A stretch of DNA of 63,057 nucleotides, the filler included, from Licmophora abbreviata (lineage: Eukaryota): the NCBI GenBank assembly GCA_900291995.1. It is 14 parts of 14 records of this genome, joined end to end, with 100 filler letters (N's around TTAATTAATTAA, not from the genome) between each part and the next. Parts side by side here need not be neighbours in the genome. Positions count along the whole stretch, not along the records: positions 58,936 to 61,402 come from OLMU01003625.1; positions 61,503 to 63,057 come from OLMU01003626.1; 12 more parts are not named here. The stretch is one strand, 5' to 3'. Of the stretch, positions 58,941 to 63,057 are shown in pieces. Made by a program: the position numbers and the translations under genes. Within the stretch, counting starts at the first letter, position 1; every line of letters begins with the position of its first letter. The notes beneath the pieces are model-generated. The model worked only from the letters and a program-made list of their open reading frames with translations. It had not been told where the DNA came from and made no database searches.

Positions 58941-59705
58941 CTACTTGTCGAACAGTCCCAAGCAGACGATTCCAATCACGCTCAAAAATCCCAGTCGCGT
59001 GCCCGCCAACGCCAGAAATTCCATGGCTGCCGTCGGCGGATCATCCTCAACTTCTTCCTTGTAGACGTCGTAGCCCGGTCGAATAAGAAAGAATTCCGCC
59101 AAGACATACACAAAGGCCGCCCTTGGAAGCTGATTCATAACGCGCATCAGCTTCGTTACGGTACTCATTTCGACAAGTAAGCTCTCTGGTGTTTCTTCGG
59201 GACCCACGTTCTCCGGGAGAAAGTGACCGGACTCTTTGAAGCCAGCCAGAACGTTGTCAAATTGCAATATTTTTCCAGGATTAATGACATTCAACCCAGC
59301 AGTCGCAGCCTTGTCAAAGCCCTGCGTGATCTGTTCTGGGATGTTGAAGGCGTTCGTTGCTACACCGCCACTATCAACGAACGCATTCGGATTCAAGGGA
59401 CTAATCGACTTTCCGCTAAGTAGATAGGGATCTGGGGGCCCAAACAGAGACTGTGTGTGTTCGTGTGCGGGTTTCAGAACCAAGTCCCCTGTAGCATACA
59501 AGGTGGACATGAGTGCCTCCAGAGCTGGATGATGGGAGCTTGCTGACGAGTGTAACAGATCACTGGGATCCACGACAAGATTGCGTTGTTGTAGTGATGG
59601 TCTCTGTGGCGGCCGCAGAAGCGGGGGTGCGAACGCAGTCACCACTGAACAGCAATACGGTGCCCCCAGTGTACTCAGTAGCAGTGCCCATCGCAGTTCC
59701 AGCAT
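58941..59705 (-). CDS. Hypothetical plastid-targeted membrane protein
   Basis: Signal peptide with a near-perfect ASAFAP-type motif (VTA-FAPP), transit peptide, two C-terminal hydrophobic segments. Confidence 0.78.
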   Translation of the reverse strand: MLELRWALLLSTLGAPYCCSVVTAFAPPLLRPPQRPSLQQRNLVVDPSDLLHSSASSHHPALEALMSTLYATGDLVLKPAHEHTQSLFGPPDPYLLSGKSISPLNPNAFVDSGGVATNAFNIPEQITQGFDKAATAGLNVINPGKILQFDNVLAGFKESGHFLPENVGPEETPESLLVEMSTVTKLMRVMNQLPRAAFVYVLAEFFLIRPGYDVYKEEVEDDPPTAAMEFLALAGTRLGFLSVIGIVCLGLFDK

Positions 59706-60121
59706 ACTTCTCGTTGTGATGGCACGAGAGACCTGCAGAAGACGTCACGGAAGCCTGGTCGCTCTCTGCTTAAGAACGTTGTTTGTTTCGTCACAATACA
59801 GCCAAACGGAAGATCAGTAGCGAAGCCAACAGGATAGCATGAGACATCCACTTGTCCGCAGCTCGATGCGACTTGATGTTGGCATCGCGTCGTCGTGATC
59901 GCGATCCAAAAGTGCGTGTTCTTTCTACGGCCTGGAGCTCGCCACGTGGAAGAAATAGTAAAAGACGGACGACGGATGGGCGATTTGCTCTATATTCTCG
60001 ATCGGTCTGGCCGGCGACGTTTTTCGCTCGGCGGAGTGCGGCAAAAGACGGCAGTCAACATCGATGATTTACCTCGCATCGTCCCATCGCAGAACAAATA
60101 CTATCATAACTCACTTCTATC

Positions 60122-61225
60122 TTAATCCAATTCTTCCATTTTCGAGAAAATAGGCTCGGCATGCGGTTGGTCTTCCTGCCATCGCCGTTCCGCTGCGTCT
60201 CCCGAGGCCTGCCGTCGTTCGGCTATTGAAGGTTCAGTATTAGCTTGCCATGTTGTCGGATCTGTGTTTGTTGAAGTGTTTGTGTCTGTCGTTCCATTTT
60301 CCTTCCATACATTTTCAAACGGCGGCGGTGGCACTGTCTGCTCAGCAGTCGGTTGGTGCCGATGCTGTTGGGTAGCAGCAGCCTCTCGAGCTGCCCGCTT
60401 GGCCGCCTTGCGTTCTTTCCGCGCTGCCTTTTCCGCAGCCGTCTCGTTGGCACGTTGCTGTTTTCTCTGCGTCCGTTGTGCGCTTGACATGGCCTTTCCA
60501 GTCCAACGCTCTAATCGACCCCGAAGAAAACGGAATGCCCAGGTTATGGCCATGGGCCCAACGTTGATGCCGTACTGCGCGAGGGAACTGGTCGACACGG
60601 GCCCACCCATCATGGCGGCTGGTCGAACCGGGATGGACGGAATAGGAAAGAAATACTTTGACGTCATGACCCAAGACAAAATCACCGACCCGGTGAGCCA
60701 GAGTTGGAGTACATCTACCACGAACATCGCTGCCACCCCGAGACACCCTTGAAGCGATCGCAGCTCCCAACACCGTCGAGCTTCTAGTTTCTTTCGATCC
60801 GTGTATACTACAAAATTGATATGCGCGATTTCCCATGCATGTCTCAAAAGTGGCCAGATGAGTACAAGGACTCCTGCCACGACCGTAACAATCATGGCAT
60901 GCCAAAAGAGCTGTCGCTGAAACGCGGCCTGGTGCGTTTGATGTAGCTTGTGTTCTTCAAAGGCGAGAGCGTGAATGAGTTCTTTCTTATCGAGCATGCG
61001 AGCTATCTCATGGGCGTCATACCCATGATTCCGAGCTAGTCGTCGTTTGATGTCTCGAACTCGCATTTCGGAGACTTGGTGGAGAGACAAGGTGTTGGAA
61101 GATGCCGTGACGAGTGAGTAGTATGACGAATCACCGTCGATCCGGAACACGTCGGGCAGTTCCCAACACCCGCATCGTGCCAATGACAGCAGAAGCAGAA
61201 AAACCACACCTCGAACTCTATTCAT
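60122..61225 (-). CDS. Hypothetical multi-pass membrane protein with signal peptide
   Basis: ATG 61225 (MNRVRGVVFLLLLSLARCGC). Small helical domain MRVRDIKRRL...LDKKELIHAL, several TM segments, basic helix and disordered tail. Confidence 0.72.
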   Translation of the reverse strand: MNRVRGVVFLLLLSLARCGCWELPDVFRIDGDSSYYSLVTASSNTLSLHQVSEMRVRDIKRRLARNHGYDAHEIARMLDKKELIHALAFEEHKLHQTHQAAFQRQLFWHAMIVTVVAGVLVLIWPLLRHAWEIAHINFVVYTDRKKLEARRCWELRSLQGCLGVAAMFVVDVLQLWLTGSVILSWVMTSKYFFPIPSIPVRPAAMMGGPVSTSSLAQYGINVGPMAITWAFRFLRGRLERWTGKAMSSAQRTQRKQQRANETAAEKAARKERKAAKRAAREAAATQQHRHQPTAEQTVPPPPFENVWKENGTTDTNTSTNTDPTTWQANTEPSIAERRQASGDAAERRWQEDQPHAEPIFSKMEELD

Positions 61226-61402
61226 GACAAACAATCTAACAGATGCTGAAACCGCAGTGTAGAAAAGCTCTTTCCTGTCTCTCTTTGGACCACCACCACA
61301 ACAGCATCGCAGGGACACAAACAGAACACGGTCGAATGAGACCGGCGTGTCTCGCGCCGCGCGTTCAAGAAGAAAGAGTGCGATTCCCAATGGCGCTCAT
61401 AA

Positions 61403-61502
61403 NNNNNNNNNNNNNNNNNNNNNNNNNNNNNNNNNNNNNNNNNNNNTTAATTAATTAANNNNNNNNNNNNNNNNNNNNNNNNNNNNNNNNNNNNNNNNNN
61501 NN
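61403..61502. other. Artificial scaffold linker
   Basis: N44-TTAATTAATTAA-N44. Confidence 0.99.
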
Positions 61503-61806
61503 TGTGTGGGTACACGGTGCTCGCGATGGTAAACACCACCCGTTTCACGGCGAGGTGTCGGATCTAAAGTCAATGGCTGGTAATATGCTCCAGTCTCACG
61601 TTCGCTATTCCAGACCTGCAGAGAAAGACATTGGTAACTACGACTCGGTGGGTCATGTCGATGCTGCCCTACTCGAGAAGCTCGTTCCCGATCTGCAAAA
61701 TGCCAATTTCTACATGTGTGGCTCGTCGGCATTCATGGCAGACATCCAGGATGATCTTGAGAGGCGTGGTGTAGATCCCAAACGCATACAATACGAGCAG
61801 TTTTAG
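61503..61806 (+). CDS. FNR-family FAD/NAD(P) oxidoreductase, C-terminal fragment (flavohemoprotein/PNPOx-reductase-like)
   Basis: WVHGARDGKHHPF, YSRP, FYMCGSSAFM, GVDPKRIQYEQF*. Confidence 0.82.
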
Positions 61807-61902
61807 ACTCAAATAGACCATAGACGTACAAAACTTAGCAATATTACATTTTAACAAGCACACGATGCCTTCTCGACTACTTCATAATTGCATGGTTCCT
61901 CG

Positions 61903-62632
61903 TTACGCAGCCTCCATTGGCACATAGTGAGTCTCCGCTTCTGGCACGGGAGTCTGTTCGTCCACTTTCGTAGCGTAGTCCAACAGCCTATGGCGGTAGA
62001 ATAGCCACCGAGCGTAATTTCCTCCCAGCGCGATCAAGGGTACTCCAATGCCGACCAAACATCCAAACAGAGTCCACCCCGCACCTGAATCTTCGTCATC
62101 CACAAGACTCATCTGATGCAAAATGAAAATTGGAGCAACAAATAGAAAGAATATCCATCCCAATACAATCCACGTCAGGTCCCTTGTCATTGCCCGGCTT
62201 TCAGCCGATGCCTCAAGATCCAATTCGATGTCCGACTTGGGCTGCGCTGACAGGGGCTTGTCCGGAAGATACAGCAGGGTGGTCTGTTCTCTCGTGTAGT
62301 ACTGATAGACACGTACCGACTTGTGGACTGTGGCCGTCTTGTTGTCGGGGTGAGGATAGACGGTTGTCGCGTAGCGTGTCAACTGGCCATCAAAGCGAGT
62401 GGAATCCTCTTCGCTGTACACTACATCGCCTAGTACCACCTGCCCCTTTTCCAGATAGCTCCTCATCAGAGCTCTTCGCATGGGAATAAAGACAATGACA
62501 TAGACTGCCAGGCCACAAAATGCAATCAAGAATGCTACACAGCAGATCATCATGTCGCGTAGAGGAATCTCCGCGCTGCTCTCATTTTCGGGCTTGTTCC
62601 CACGCCGCCTCGTCCGTGATGTCATCCGACAT
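61903..62632 (-). CDS. Hypothetical three-TM membrane protein (possible 1-nt frameshift near start)
   Basis: TM1, then a beta-rich soluble segment, then two TMs. The natural-looking start ACAAC-ATG at 62632 joins the main ORF if one base is removed at CCCGAAAA; the alternative in-frame ATG is at 62625. Confidence 0.7.
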
Positions 62633-63057
62633 GTTGTAAATCGGTTTGGAAGGTCTCACAGAAGCTTCATAAAGAAAGTACAGAAACAGAATGAAGAGAG
62701 GGACCGTCGCCAAGGCAAACTGAGTGACAGAACCACTCCGAGCTGCCGTGAGACGAGACATTGTTGGCGCAGTGTGTGTAGGATGGAGAAATGTAGAGCA
62801 GCGACGAGAGAAGTTCTTTGGTAGGGAAGTCTCTCTGATTGGCAGGCAGATGACGTCCCTACCAACTCATTTCTATCTCACTGGCGACTGTAGCAGAGTC
62901 GCGAGACACTGAGGTCATCGTTCTCGGATACAAGTACGAACCTGTCATCAGGTGACAGAAGCTATGCGTCGTGGTCGTCGGTCCTTGTCCTCTCTCGTCG
63001 GCGATGATAGGGGCGGGGTGTCATCATTTTCGAATTCGTATACCGGTAGCGCGCCGT

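Noticed and set aside
2554..61502. TTAATTAATTAA repeated 13 times
   Set aside because: Always centred in exactly 44+44 N. It is an assembly linker, not a biological repeat or CRISPR array.
11179..62588. Genome-wide programmed frameshifting or RNA editing as the explanation for six or more frame breaks
   Set aside because: Breaks have both signs, share no motif, all lie in short homopolymers and include RRP12. Sequencing error is far more parsimonious unless accurate reads confirm them.
1..63057. Prokaryotic operon, defence system, prophage or transposon
   Set aside because: Spliceosomal introns and eukaryotic housekeeping genes throughout; no transposase, reverse transcriptase, integrase, LTR or TIR recognised.

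Overview
Eukaryotic nuclear DNA, most likely a pennate diatom. Evidence: GC content near 50%, dense genes with short GT-AG introns (about 75-185 nt), ASAF-type bipartite plastid signals, Pro-Ser stalk proteins and diatom-type bZIP/HMG factors. It is a scaffold of 14 contigs joined by 13 artificial 100-nt linkers (N44-TTAATTAATTAA-N44); three joins have overlapping flanks, so genes run across them. I can support about 34 protein-coding genes and one intron-containing tRNA-Arg(CCU) that is absent from the ORF track. Recognisable products: TPR/DNAJC7-like, ALDH, PP1 inhibitor-3, bZIP, PPD7-like, HMG-box, HtrA/Deg, alpha-CA-like, DAD-family cupin, PDI-like, two USPs, GH81, PDH-E2-like, thioredoxin, IMPDH, MFSD5, RRP12, Mpv17-ACT, SLC35B2, NAA30 and an FNR-family fragment; the rest are unknowns. 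No transposon, CRISPR or rRNA was seen. Best leads: (1) an Mpv17/PMP22 domain fused to tandem GcvR-type ACT domains; (2) a PDH-E2 paralogue with Met in place of the catalytic Ser; (3) a membrane-anchored GH81 with a dileucine motif and three Cys-rich modules; (4) an alpha-CA lacking all three Zn-binding His on a Pro/Ser stalk; (5) a bacterial-type dioxygenase with an apparent plastid presequence; (6) a recurrent A-tract-GGCGCGC promoter motif. At least six genes have single-base homopolymer frameshifts of both signs, most likely sequencing errors. All family assignments come from motif recognition by eye; no database searches were run.
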